Shown: positions 29,101-41,853 of the stretch, piece by piece
Layout: each line of letters opens with the position of its first letter
Numbering within the stretch: the first letter of the stretch is position 1
NCBI GenBank assembly: GCA_964276515.1
Contig: OZ193909.1
Location: 19,220,001 to 19,284,000 of the forward strand
DNA: 64,000 bases
From: Gordius albopunctatus
Taxonomy: Eukaryota
Reading direction: 5' to 3'
The notes under the pieces: generated by a model
Databases searched by the model: none
Told to the model about the DNA's origin: nothing
The model's input: only the letters and a program-made list of their open reading frames with translations
Made by a program: the position numbers and the translations under genes

Positions 29101-30824
29101 TCCTTAAATCATTATTTTTTCCATGTCGATGTTTTACAGACTGGAAAATAGCTGGTAATTATTTGAAGCTTAAATTAACAAACTAAACGCGATTTATGTG
29201 AAACTTAGTAAACGTGCTTTGGTATAGGAAGATTATCCGTGGACGTATTATTTTTCCATAACCCTATCAATTTGTAACTGCACAAATGCGCCTATCATAA
29301 TGACGTGGCCTTAATTATTAACTTGACAAAATCAGCTGGTCGGTGTTTTACAGAAAAATAACTCAACGGTACATCAACAAGAGGTGTCGGTTAAGTTTAC
29401 CTTTACCGGTAACACCATATGCAAAGTGGTGACGACCGATAAGCTCTGTCCCATATCAGCTACCAATTGCACCCAGTCGGGAGCCTTTAAAACATCAGCT
29501 GTTTCTCACGTGGAAAAAAGTGGTAAAGGTCGTCCCTTTGATAGCGTAGAATACATGAAGAAAGCCTCCTCAGGTAATGGTAATTAAATCAGAAAAGCCC
29601 GGCCCGCTGCCTGATCTTGAGCGGGGTCGACCAGCTGTCGTAAATTTAAATTTTTGGGCCGGCCCGGCTGGGAACTATACCAAAATTCAGGAAATTCGAA
29701 ATGAGTTTCATATCACTGATTATTTTGTTTTCGTGTTTTTTTGTCACTTTTTTATTTGCTAGTGTCACAAAATTTTAGCTAAAAATTAAAAAAAAAAATC
29801 AGTTCTGGCACCTCTAAAGATTCGGGCATGGGCGGGCGAATACTTAGAAGGTTTCGGACTGGCTCGGACGAGAAATTTTTTATAAGATGGGACCGGGCCC
29901 GTTTTGGGCACAAAATTTATAACAGTCTAACCTCCGGTTTTTTATATGTATTTGTTTTTAAAATATTTGTAGCTTAAAATAAATTTGACAATCAAACGAA
30001 AAAACGTTCGTAATAACATCTAACTACGTTTCGACCGGTCGCATAAGATAGCTTTGTGTATTGTTAACGAAATCCACTGCATAACTAAAGGTGGATAGCG
30101 ATCGATACATCTGCATTAAATTCTGTAATTGGCATCATTCGGCTAAGGATTAAAATTAATTTCGTGTAATATATAAAGAGGGTCCACTGTAGGGATCTCG
30201 CGTTTACACCCTTCGTGAGAGCGTGGGGGAAAATTTTTGTAAATTATATAATCAACTTTATGAACTTAATATGAGCGATTCTGTCAATTCATAGATAAAA
30301 TTATGGGTGTTTATTGGATATGGAATAGAGCTGGCAAAATATGCTATACCAATTTAGAGATGGGTTAACTGATCGTTTTGCTTATTAAGTCAACACTAAT
30401 TTCATTAAAAATATAAAAGACATTTTACAGCTATTTTTGAAATGGATAGATATGGATTTTATTATACAGATCGTAAGAACGTTACCAAATCCTTAGAAAT
30501 AAGTCATAAGTCTTGTGGATTTGTATGATGTATATCAAAGAGATTTTGCTTAAATTGTGTAAATATTGTGCTTATACGCAAAAATAAAACTTTTAATATA
30601 TAGTTATAATAAGTCAAACCTCGGTTGAAAATGTCATTTCCCATTTTAGGCAATGAAGATCCAAATAGCCGAGATAAAGAAAATTCGCCTAAACACGTCC
30701 CTGGGAAAAAAGTAGTTAATTGTTTTCTTCTATGCTATAGAATTCTTTCTAGGAGAGACAACCCATTCCAATTTATCAACCGGGGAAGGGAATTATTCGA
30801 ACGAAAGAGAGGAAACAAAATTAA
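26159..30824 (+). CDS. UPF3: Regulator of nonsense transcripts 3 (UPF3/Smg-4)
   Basis: Spliced RRM-like domain KVIIRRLPPTMT..RAYINF..FKEKFDGYVFLDDKGNEYPAIVEYAPYQKIP..DPKSGTIDEDEDYKKFLE, then STPLIDYI; last exon 30752-30824 ERQPIPIYQPGKG resembles the EJC-binding motif. About 13 exons; middle low-complexity exons approximate. Confidence 0.92.
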
Positions 30825-31700
30825 TTCCCACATATCTTATGTAGATAAATTTAGTTTTTATAATTATTTTTGCTTAAATTATTAAATAGATCTTTTATTA
30901 ACTCTTTTTTGAATACTTTTGTAATTGTATCCCTTTAAAGATTATATTTTACAAGTTTTGTTATATATATCTATGAAATAAATTGCTAAAATTGCACCTC
31001 ACTTTATTAGTAAGGTTGAGCTGTTAAGAACTAGTTCACCTTTTTCTGAACTTGAACCGAACTAGTTATCTTTCCAAAAAATGAACTTGAACTAGTTTTT
31101 CCCCATATTCTGAACTTGAACTTTACAATATAAATTAACTAGTTCATTACACAAATTATTATTTAAGATGATTTTATAAGCCAAGTTTGATTGCTTTTAA
31201 TTTTTCGATCTCGTTTCGGTCTCGAAAGAAAAATCTCGTCGCGGGTGCGATTATGAGAATCTCGTCTCACTCTAAAAAATCTAGGACTCGTCTCGACGAG
31301 ATTTCTCAACTTGTCTCGAATATTTAAAAAATGTTATACTAATAAATAGAAATTTCTCTTGATGTTACAAAATAATTAAATAAGTGATAAAATATGAGAA
31401 ATGGCAAACTATTTTATTTTTCAAAAATTTTAATACACAAACTTGATAAAGATTTAGTGGGACATGTCATTGACAATATATATTAGATATGAACCCATTC
31501 ATAAATCAACATAGGAACTGCAATATGAAAAGTTCTTGTTTTTAACACCCTCTAATATTCCCTATAAGAAATGTATAAGAACATTGATTATGAGGGTAAA
31601 AATAATTTAAAATATGAGTATAAATAAGCCTAAAGTATAGAATGTAAATGTTTTTAGTTTTTGCGAATTACAACATTTATATCAAATTTAGTGTGTCAAA

Positions 31701-34495
31701 TAGTGATGCGGGAAAACCGAGAAAATTCTCGGTTTCGTCTCGGTAATTTGAAAAACTGACCCGAGATCGATATTATAATTTTGTTGTTGAGACGAGACGA
31801 GATTTTTTTGGCGAGATCTCGGGTTTTTATTGATCATTAGATTTTAGTAAATTATTGTGTATTTTAATATGCCTGATTGACATTTAAGGTATTAAATATA
31901 AACCAATACGATATGAATATATTTTATATTAAAATAACACCTAAGTGTAGTAATTATGATATATTTTCGTAAAAATTTTAAAATTTGGCAATTTCAGTTC
32001 ATTTACGTAAGTATGTATGACACTTAGGATATGTGGATTAGAGGTCTGCAGGGGCCGGGCCGGACCTGAAAATGAGCACTAAAAAAAAGTGCGGGCCGGG
32101 CTTGGGCTTTGATAAGTGAAAAAATTTAAATATATTAAACTCTATACTATCATTATAGTATTAACACAACAAAATTCATTTATTATCTTGATAAAAAATT
32201 TATTTTTTCTAACAAAAATTTGCTATTTAAACAGTATTATTTTGAGGGAAAATTTAATATTATATTTTTCGCTAATTAAGTAAATTAATTTAATTCATTG
32301 TTTATTATTTCCCTCGCTTTTCAAATTCTTAGATTGCTTAATATTTGTTCCAAGATCTCATTGAAGTTGTTTTAAGCTTTAAGGTAATTCATTAAAAAAT
32401 TTTATTTTATAATTAATTAGTTTTAGCTACACTTCTCCTACTTATTACAAACTTATAATATCAACATTGCTAATTAGCTTGCAATAGTTTTAATAAAGTA
32501 AATTATTATTACATATTATATAACAATTACTTAGCTCTAGCTTTGAATATATTTGATTAAATGGAATCTCCAAAAGTAAATAATTCCGATGGAATAGAAA
32601 AGGTAATTACTAAAATTTATTTTATAAAAAGTTTAAAAAAATCTTATATTTAAAGTTTCTTAGATTGCTTAAAATTCGTTCAAGTATTTCATTGAAGCCA
32701 ACATTGTATAAAGTTTTACCCTATTATACATCTTTAAAAGCCATACCAAATACGCCTCCATCTCCTACTAATAGTGATCCTGTTGAATTAGAAATTTATA
32801 AATTAAAAACCAGGGCTAAAACTATGCTGACCTCAAAGTTCGAAATTTATGTATATCGTAAGATATCAACATTTCTGGCTCCAAAATTCCGCACCCTCAA
32901 AATGTTACCTGAGGATGAAAAAATTCTTGTTAAAACCATGGTAACACAAACTTTAAATAAATTAATGCAAGAAGATCCTAGCTCTTCTTGCATCAGTCGT
33001 CAATCTATGAGCAATTCAGCTAAGGTATGTAGGCAATTAGCTATTGGTGAAGTCGATATGTATATCTCCGTTTGGCGGGACGATGAAGGAGACCAGATTG
33101 AGGAGAGCAATGAAGTTGATACTTATGTTAAATTAAATCTTAAACCGGAAGATGATGAGCTTGATGTTATTTCATGGTGGAAAGAACACGAACTTATCCT
33201 ACCTAATTTGACAAGTTAGCTGTACAGTTTTTGGCGATTCCAGCCACAAGCGCTACAAGTGAACGCACGTTTGGTAAGGCAAGTCGCCTAATAGAACAAA
33301 GAAGAACATCACTACTACCTGATAAAAAAGAAATTGACACAGTAGTTGAGAATATGAGAAATATCCCTATGAGTGGTACTGTTGTGCCGATTTCTCATAT
33401 CTTATACTTTTTTGATGCTCCTTCCTCCTTGCTTACTTGGGGTATTGGGGATGGAGCCAAAACGTGCAAAAGGGGCTAAGACTAGGTTGGAATACCCTAT
33501 GAGGTTGAGAGATAAGAGCCCTAGGGCTCTTATAAAATAGACAGTTTATTATTTTTAAATCACAATATTGAATTATAATTTTTTTTATTAATATCGTTTT
33601 TATAGGCTATAAAATTTTTTTTCATACATCAAAAATTTTTTCTATACAAATAAATTTTTTTGAAAACACTGAAGCTTTTTTCTCGTGCGGGCCTGATGCG
33701 GCGCATTTTTTGTTGTTTTTTTTGCGGGGCGGGTATGGGTAAAAAAAAATATATTTTTGCGGGTATGGGCCGGGCCTGACCCTGAAATTTCGGCCCATGC
33801 AGACCTCTAATGTGAATTGTTGAAAACTGGATCTTTATTCACATAAACTATTAGGACTGGGGTACAATAATCTAAAAGTGACCGACAACGTGTATATCCA
33901 ACGCATATATAAGTTACAACCAATTAACGATAATTTGATCGACAACACGCAGGTAAATAACGTATCCCCGGAGGCACTTCCCACTCCTATTACCTTTAGT
34001 ATATTAAGCTCCAAAACACTCACAAGAGTACTGGTTTAAACTCAAATTTAAAAAGTGTCAATAAACACCACTATTAAATTCCAAATTTAATGCACAGTTA
34101 TGCTATTTTATATATTAAACAAACAGCGATCCTTTTGTACTATACTTCAAATTTATATATAGTTTTTTTAATTTTTACTCCATAGAAAATGTTATCTATT
34201 GTCAATGAGATGTCGTATCGTGCTATATCATTAAAAAGTTTGTGTATTAAGTTTTATTTTAAATATAAAGGTATACCATTTGAATTTTTGTAACACTTAG
34301 TTAATAATTTTAATAAAACAGGAGAAATTTTTTCTTGTATAAATTTTTCTTAAATGTCGAGATGAGAGGAGAATTCTCGTCGAGACGAGACCGAGATTTT
34401 TCTAGACCGAGACGAGATCGAGATTTTCATAATCGCTCCCGAGACGAGACGAGATTTTGCTTTCGAGACCGAGACCAGGCGAGATCGAAATACTA
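31701..34495. mobile_element. Middle hAT-like element with GAGAC/CGAGA subterminal repeats
   Basis: TAGTG...TACTA ends with perfect 8-bp TSD GTGTCAAA (31693-31700, 34496-34503); related ends at ~25400-25575 and 31200-31320. Confidence 0.8.
32039..33809 (+). mobile_element. Inner hAT transposon with a defective, C-terminal-only transposase
   Basis: TIR TAGAGGTCTGCA.GGGCCG; TSD ATGTGGAT/ATGTGAAT; ORFs 32665-33219 and 33231-33479 carry the hAT dimerisation motif DVISWWKEH..PNL..LAIPATSATSERTFGKA split by an in-frame stop. Confidence 0.9.
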
Positions 34496-34939
34496 GTGTC
34501 AAATATAAATACACATAGAAATTTATAAGTTTACCTATATTTGACATGAATATAATACGGGCTAATTGGGAAACTTTTTTAACATTGAGTAAGGCCTCAA
34601 GCTTAAAGAAAACCCTTTGTTTAACTAATTTAAGGCTAACGTTTTAGTCCATTCCATCATAAATTATAGCCCATAGATTTCGCTCTCAATTTCTAACTAA
34701 CTTTGCCGTTAAATATTTATTTTCTAATACAGTATATATCGTGTATTTTATTTACAGAAATCCCATATAGAAATTTTTGTTAAATGCACCTGCCAACCCT
34801 ATTTTATAAGTTCTTATTTAATAAATAATAATTTTGAAAATAATATTTTATTCAAGTCCGATTCTCATCTACTTCCCCCTGATTTCTATTATAAATTGCA
34901 ATTAATTACATTGTATTGTTAGAAATGAAAACTAAAAGT

Positions 34940-36882
34940 TTTTTTTACGTCCATGCTAAAAAGTTTATTTGTTAAAAATCCGTTGACAGTAATATAATAT
35001 AAATACATAAAATATAAAAGACAAAATGCGTCAAATAAAATAATACACTATTCTAATATATCATCATCGAGGGGATCTTCCAAAATTGGCCAAGAATCCG
35101 CGAACGATTTAAAATTGTACTTGGCTATAAGAATACCAAGTCGTTGTTTAAGTAAAAAGGATACCAAATGTTTAGACGGGGGAGAACGTCTTCCTACTTC
35201 TTTAAAAAAGGCTAAGGCCTGTTTGCCAAAGGTGCCTGAACACGAAGCCCCCTCTGCGACAGCTAAAGAATCATTGTTGTAGTTAGAGGGGGCAAATAGG
35301 TCAATACACGTGAAATCCCATTTAAGGTGAAGACCATTGCTCCATGGGACTAAAGAAGATCCATCAGGACGCATACGTCCCTCCAAGGAGGGGTCCAATG
35401 GCTCCAAGATGGATGGGATATTTGCTCTCTTCAGTGCACTTTGAATTAACGTATTGGCCTTATTGTGTCTAACATATTTGAATTTGTTTGCCAGGCAGTG
35501 TAAGGGATGCCTGGCTTGTTCGACTACGAGTATGCTACAATTTCGGCAAATAAATGGCTTCGAAAATTTCACCCCTAGCCTGAGAGCTATGGAGTACGAA
35601 AGTTCCGAGTCCTCCAACATCATCCCGGTGAGACAGCTTGGTTAGACCTCTAGCCATTCGTGACCTGAGCCATCAAACAAAAACGACCTTAAATTAGAAC
35701 ACTGACTTGCATCGCTACTCGAAATTAGATAATCAACGGAGCGCAACACAAGTCCGGCATCCCAATCTTTTTGTCGTGAGGTTTGTGGCAAAAGTGTTCC
35801 GGGATTGGTATTGTTTTCCCAAATAGCTAAAGCAATGGGTCTTCTTTAATAGGATACAACTTAAAAATGGTATCTTGTACCGACTTGTAAGATGAAATAA
35901 ACGAGACTAGAGATATTGCGGCAGGTGAGCGAATCCCTAAACCACCCGATTTGGTTGGTAGGGAAGCTTGTAATCAGCTATGAGTATTGAACTTTATATT
36001 TAAAATATATTGTAAAATAGATTTAATATTCTGTTCGAAGAGGTTTAAAATTTCCGAGTGTAAAAAAGCACTTGAAGAGCGAAAACAGTGTTGAATTTTT
36101 GAAATATTAAAATAGTTTTTCATTATGTAAAAAGCGTGATGTGAAGGCAAACACTTTAAGAGATCTAATTTTGAGTTTAAAATAGAGAGATTTTTCTCCA
36201 AATAAGTTGCGAGTCCAACTCTACTACCTATAGGCGATCCAAGATGGCACATAGCGTCTTTCTCGATTGCTAAAAAAGGGGTAATGTGTGGATATAATGA
36301 GTAATCAGGGGGTTGAAAGATCTCACATTTGGTCTCGTTTAGTTTTAGTTTTAAAATTGATTCGAAATCCTTTATAATTTTGATGGCTTTAAAAACTTCG
36401 CGGGATGACCACAAAGGGTGGCATCGTCCAAGTACCAAATATTTAGTGTTAGGTCGCATTCGTGCGATATTTTTTCCACTAAACATTGGATGCCTGAGCA
36501 AAATAATGGCGGACCCAATGGGTCGCCTTGTTGGATACCTTCAGATGAATTTATTTTAAAATCCCCAAATTCTTAAAAAGGATGTTGAGCCATAACTTAA
36601 TAAGATGTAGTTATGGAACTCCGGAAATTTCTCGAGAAAATTTTCGATAAGGACATCTCTACGAATGCTATTAAAAGCGTTGGCAAAGTCTAGTTTGTCC
36701 ATGCCATGATCCGATGGTATGCCTTCGAGGGCTAGCCTAGCGGCATGACTAGCAGCTTCGCAGTCACCCTTTATTCCAAAACCTAATTGATGTGGACTTA
36801 GGTTAGTGGAAAGGATCGGTTTGATTTTATTACATATTATTTTAGAAATAATCCTCCTAAAAACTCCCCCAATGTTTTTCAA
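34940..36882 (-). mobile_element. CRE-like non-LTR retrotransposon (RT + CCHC + RLE), 5'-truncated and frameshifted
   Basis: LSPHQLGFG, KLDFANAFNSIRR, GIQQGDPLGPPLF and IWYLDD (alternative frame ~36420-36550), CRNC..HPLHC, RPDGSSLVPWSNG..WDFTC. Confidence 0.88.
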
Positions 36883-38049
36883 AATTATATAGCTGATGTA
36901 GTTTTGTATAAAAAAGTTGTTGTTATATGAAAATGTTAATTAAATTTTTTATAGTGGACTATTTCTGATTTATTTTTTAAATTATACAATAATTGTTCAA
37001 TAAATTAAAATCAATCATCAATAAAACTTTGATTAATATAATTTCAAAATTGCGGATTGGACTTAGATTTAAAAAACGGATTTTGGATCAGATAAAACGT
37101 TTTTAAAACCACTCGGATCGGATTAAAATTCAATAAAAATGAACTGAACTATGAACTGAACTTGAACAAGTTCATTTTGTAAAATTTGCACTAGGAACTG
37201 AACTGGTTCGTTTTTGGATAATGAACTTGAACTAGTTACCTTTGAAAAAATATGAACCTGAACTATTTTATTTTTTCAAACTGAACTATGAACTTGAACT
37301 AGTTCATATCTAAGATGAACTTTAACAGCTCTAGTAAGGTGTATATGTAATGATATGATTTAATATACCTTTGTTTTCGATTTTCTTGGCGTTAAATATA
37401 ATAAAGTAAATCACTTTCTGTCAATCTTTATATATTATGGGAGTTTAACATGCTAAGCTCTTTTTTAAAAAATAGAGTTACTCCTTTTTTATGCAACAGA
37501 CGATTATATTTGTGTTAGGGCTGTAAAATCTTTATGCAAGAGCTATTAAACAAATTAGAATAGTGAAGAATTAGTATAAGAATTAAGTACCAACATTTTA
37601 GATTATAATAGAATATGGTGTTTATTGGGTTAGTTAAATCAAATTTTGTTTTAATATTAAAGATGTAATATTGATTTAACCAAAATTATTAATGTCTGTC
37701 AATGATAAACTAAAGACCATAATAATATAAAAAATCACATAATTTTATATTAAATGCTTATCAAAATAAGCACGAGATATTTTTATTTTTACATTTCGAT
37801 TTAATATCCAAAATGTTAAATCTATGAAATTTTACAATTTTATTTTTGAATAAACTCTCAATTTCAAACATTCACAGAGACGCATTTTATCATTTTGTAT
37901 ATTTGATAGTTAATATAATGCTTAGTGCATCTTCTACTTTTATAATTTTTTAAACCTAAAAAAGCGTTTTTATTAACTCATTTTAGAACATCTGCAGCCT
38001 AAGTTCAATTTTTCCTTGTGGTGTTTAACCCTATTTATAATATCCTGCA

Positions 38050-39018
38050 ATGAGCCTACACGGCCAGGTTTGTTAATTTATTCGATTCAAATAAAATTTA
38101 TTTTAGCCTCTCATCATCGATGGTAAAGGCCATCTTTTAGGAAGATTAGCAGCTATTGTGGCTAAACATGCCTTACAAGGTTTATTCATATTGTTTTAAC
38201 TATATAATTTTAGGTCAAAAAATTGTGGTTGTAAGATGTGAAAAAATTAACATTTCTGGAACCTTCATTAGAAATAAATGTAAGCTTAATTTAATTAGCG
38301 CTTTAAAATCTTTTAGTAAAATATTTGGCTTTCTTGAAAAAACGCTGCAATGTTAACCCTGCACGTGGTCCATTCCATTTTCGCGCCCCTGGCAAAATAT
38401 TTCTAAGAACTGTTAGAGGTATTTAAAACTTTATCATTTAACAACTTGTTCAATCAAAGGAATGTTACCTCATAAATCACATAGAGGCAGTGATGCTTTG
38501 AAAAGAGTTAAAGCATTTGAAGGTGTCCCACCAGTCTATAATAAATGCAAAAGGAAGGTTATTCCTTCAGCTTTAAGAGTTATGAGATTGTTACCTGGTC
38601 GTAAAGTAAATATTGTTTATGGTTGAATATGATGAATTCTTACCTACATTATATGAAGTCCATGATCAAAAACTTGTCTGACTATTTTATAAATTTTTAT
38701 TGCATTTTTTCTAAATTCAATATGGTGATCTTAGTTGTCAATCTTAATTGATAAATTCCTCATGATTTTTTATAGTATTGTGAATTAAGTCGTTTGTCTC
38801 ATGAAGTTGGGTGGAAATACCAAAAAGTAGTTGAAACTCTTGAAGCTAGGAGATGTGCAAAGGGCAAATTGTATTACAATAAAAAGAAGAATGAAAAAGT
38901 AATATAAAATAAAATTATTTGCTATTTTCTTAAGAAATTGCTATCTAAGGCCAAAAAGAATGTTGCTGACAAAATTAAACCTCTACAAGAAATTATTGAA
39001 GGATATGGTGGATATTGA
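38050..39018 (+). CDS. RPL13A: 60S ribosomal protein L13a (uL13)
   Basis: Seven exons (38050-38067, 38107-38179, 38214-38279, 38317-38418, 38460-38605, 38776-38898, 38935-39018) give [63 protein letters not shown] ~25 nt after the stop. Confidence 0.97.
38624..38686 (+). ncRNA. SNORD34: Intronic box C/D snoRNA, U34/SNORD34 (snR62)-like, guide for 28S rRNA U 2'-O-methylation
   Basis: C box ATGATGA 38629-38635, guide CTTACCTACATT complementary to the conserved LSU rRNA AAUGUAGGUAAG, D' ATGA, C' ATGATC, D box CTGA 38678-38681; sits in the only long (170 nt) intron of RPL13A, the known vertebrate host of SNORD34. Confidence 0.85.
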
Positions 39019-40409
39019 TAAATATTTATTATGAATTTGTTTAATAAAGTTTTGAACTTTCAAATACATGTCAACATATTTACAATAACTTTCATTTGTT
39101 TTAATCAGTCTATTCATTATGATTAAAACCTAGTACATTTTTTAAATATAAAATGAATTGTTGGACACTTAATTTTTTTAGTCATTTCTCAAGCTAAAAA
39201 CAACTTTATTAGATCTTCTTTCAGTTTTACAACTCTAATGCAAACAGCTTGATAGCAAGTTGTGTGCCTAAATATATTTGCCCTTTTAGGTTTAATCCTT
39301 TTTTTTAATTGGAGAAAAATATTCAATACCACATAGATCTAAAGTTGCTTTAGTGCATTTAACCTTTTTTGCCTCAATATATAGATATAAACCTAAAATA
39401 ATGTTTGAATCAAAATTTTAGCCTGTTTAATATTTTTGGTAATAAATTGTACACCATCTATTAGAGACTCTACATCTTGTGGAATTTGAAAAATTATATC
39501 TTTGGGTTCCATGAGTAAGGTCTAAGTTAATGAATTCAAAATACACCGCAAATATTTTTAACCAACATAAAAATAATTTAAATTTACTATAAGGTTCACT
39601 TTTTTAAAGCTGATTGTATGAAACAACATAAAATATATCAGATTGCAAAATTCATATTAATATGTTCTATTGCTATTAGTACCGAGTAATGTAAAATAAG
39701 CTGTGCTTGGTTTGGTCCCCCTTTGGTTTTATTCAATTAACATAAACAGGTCAAAAGTTTTTTGGTCCTTTATGTTTAGTCAACTAAAACCAAAGGTCAG
39801 CCAAACAAAACAACCTTTTTTACAACACTACTACGGAAGAAGGAAGTTTTAAGTTGCCACACCATATGGACATAGCCCAGTCGAATCTTTTCAAGCATTG
39901 AGCAGATAGCCCGAGCAGTAAACTGCTGCTTCGACTCGCATCTCGAGCTTTTTAATATGCTACTGTTCTGACTAGTGCACCAAACAGTGAGCACTCATTG
40001 TGCTAACAAGCATATTAAACAGCTCAGTATGCGGGCTCAAGCAAAGGATGTAGTGAGCATTGCTCACATGAGCAATATATCAACTCTACACATAACGACT
40101 ATAAAAGTATAAATTTGGAGCTATTCTTCAGATACATCTTTATAATTATATTTCGTTATCAAAACGCCAGACCTAAAATAAAGCTGGGTGAGTATGTAGC
40201 TTAGGACGATATGTTTTTTATGGATTTAAAAAAGCCAATACTTGCCAAAAGTGGCGAATCTACTATGCCCATAATATTAAGAATGGGTAATATAACGGTT
40301 AAATGTTTTACGATCTTTGGCAGAAGATAGTGGAATATATCAACGCAGGTGAAGCCTTAGCCTAGGAACTTATTATCCTTCCGGGGGACTAAATGAGGTC
40401 CGTCGGGAC

Positions 40410-40548
40410 TAGAGGTGTGCACGGATCAATCCGATCCGTCAAAACTCCGATCGGATTTAGATTTTAAAAAACTCGGATCGGATGGATATGAAATTTTTCA
40501 AAAACCCCTTGGATCGGATCAAAAAAATTTGATCCGTGCACACCTCCA
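40410..40548. mobile_element. 139-bp hAT-type MITE with GGATC repeats
   Basis: TIR TAGAGGTGTGCACGGATC; perfect 8-bp TSD GTCGGGAC. Confidence 0.9.
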
Positions 40549-40600
40549 GTCGGGACACATCTTATCTTCGAGAAGGATCGGATGGTTTATTAATTATAAC

Positions 40601-41127
40601 TAGAGCCCTGCAAAATGAAATTTCTTCTGCCCGAGCCCGAAAGATTTTTTTATTTTTGGCCCGACCCGATTTTTTAAATAAAATTTTTGAGAAATATATT
40701 TTTGAAAATTATTTCACCATCTTAATATAAAACGCATTAGATTGTTATTACACATATTTACAACTAGGATAATTTTGAAATAAAAAAAATTTCACTCGTT
40801 ATAATTTATTTGGTTAATCATTTAAAGCTACAAATTTAACTTTATAATATATATTTTTAACAGTTCAAACAAAAAAAAACCTTTTGAAATATTTACTTAT
40901 CTTATTCCTAAAGTTGTAACACCTACTATAAATCTATTTGTATACTAGAATAAGATTTGCAGTTCAGGTCAGTTATAATAGACAAGGTAAAGCTTAGAAG
41001 CTATATAATGTACGGAGTGCGAAAAATAATCATATCGAATTTTATTTAAATCCTATTTTATAAGAGATTAATTTGTTTTAGTTCAATTCGGGCCTCGGTC
41101 AGGGCCGCCACATCAGGCAGGGCTCTA
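40601..41127. mobile_element. hAT-type MITE (TAGAGCCCTGC)
   Basis: TIR TAGAGCCCTGC..GCAGGGCTCTA; perfect TSD ATTATAAC; second copy at 42230-42725. Confidence 0.9.
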
Positions 41128-41853
41128 ATTATAACACAAAAATAAATGGGGATAATAAATTAATTAAGCCTATAATTTACCTCAAGTTTCATAACAAAAT
41201 GTTAACAATTATTCATTTTGCAATGTGAAAAACGAATATAAGCAAATAATTCGGAAAAAAGGGTTACGGTCTTTCAATTTAATTTTAACCCAGAAAGGAT
41301 TGCGTCATCCTATAAATAACACTTTACTGTTTGCAAAACCAATGCACATACCGGTATTTAATGCTTAATTTAACAAATATCATAATTTATCACCGCAATG
41401 ATACATGACCCTAATTTTGTTTTTCATTTTATAGAAAAATTCAATAAAAATATTTAAGCATGTAGCGTTATTAGTGTTGTAAAAACGCTTGGGTTTTGTA
41501 TGGACCATCTTTGATTTTAGTCGAGTAAACATAAACGGAATAAAGGGCTTTAGTCCTAACACGAAAGGTCGGCAAAACAAAGCCTTTTTTACAATAATAT
41601 ATGTAATCATTCGTAAAGAAATAAATGGTCTTTGAAGTTAGATAAAAATTAAATGGCGACACAGCTGCCGAGGTGACCAAAAATATTACCGAAAGTTACT
41701 TTATTACAATATTTCATATATATATATACATACTAATCTATAATTAAAATTATAAAAATCATATTATAATCGGGCAAATAAAGGCAAAGTTTAGCGAATC
41801 AATCCCGAGAATATCGAAATTATTTCGTAAAACTTGTCATTTATATTGGGATC

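Larger units (their letters stand above)
31016..37332. mobile_element. Outer hAT-like element with GAACTAGTTC subterminal repeats, containing nested insertions
   Basis: Ends T(A)GAGCTGTTAA...TTAACAGCTCTA, GTAAGGT direct repeat on both flanks, TGAACT/AGTTCA repeat blocks at 31020-31150 and 37140-37320. Confidence 0.65.

Noticed and set aside
31020..31320. Short regularly recurring repeats resembling a CRISPR array or iterons
   Set aside because: Irregular TE subterminal repeats in eukaryotic DNA; no constant repeat-spacer period and no cas genes.
41380..41680. Minus-strand ORFs of 69-76 aa
   Set aside because: Largely overlap a TAGTGTTGTAAAA-family MITE.
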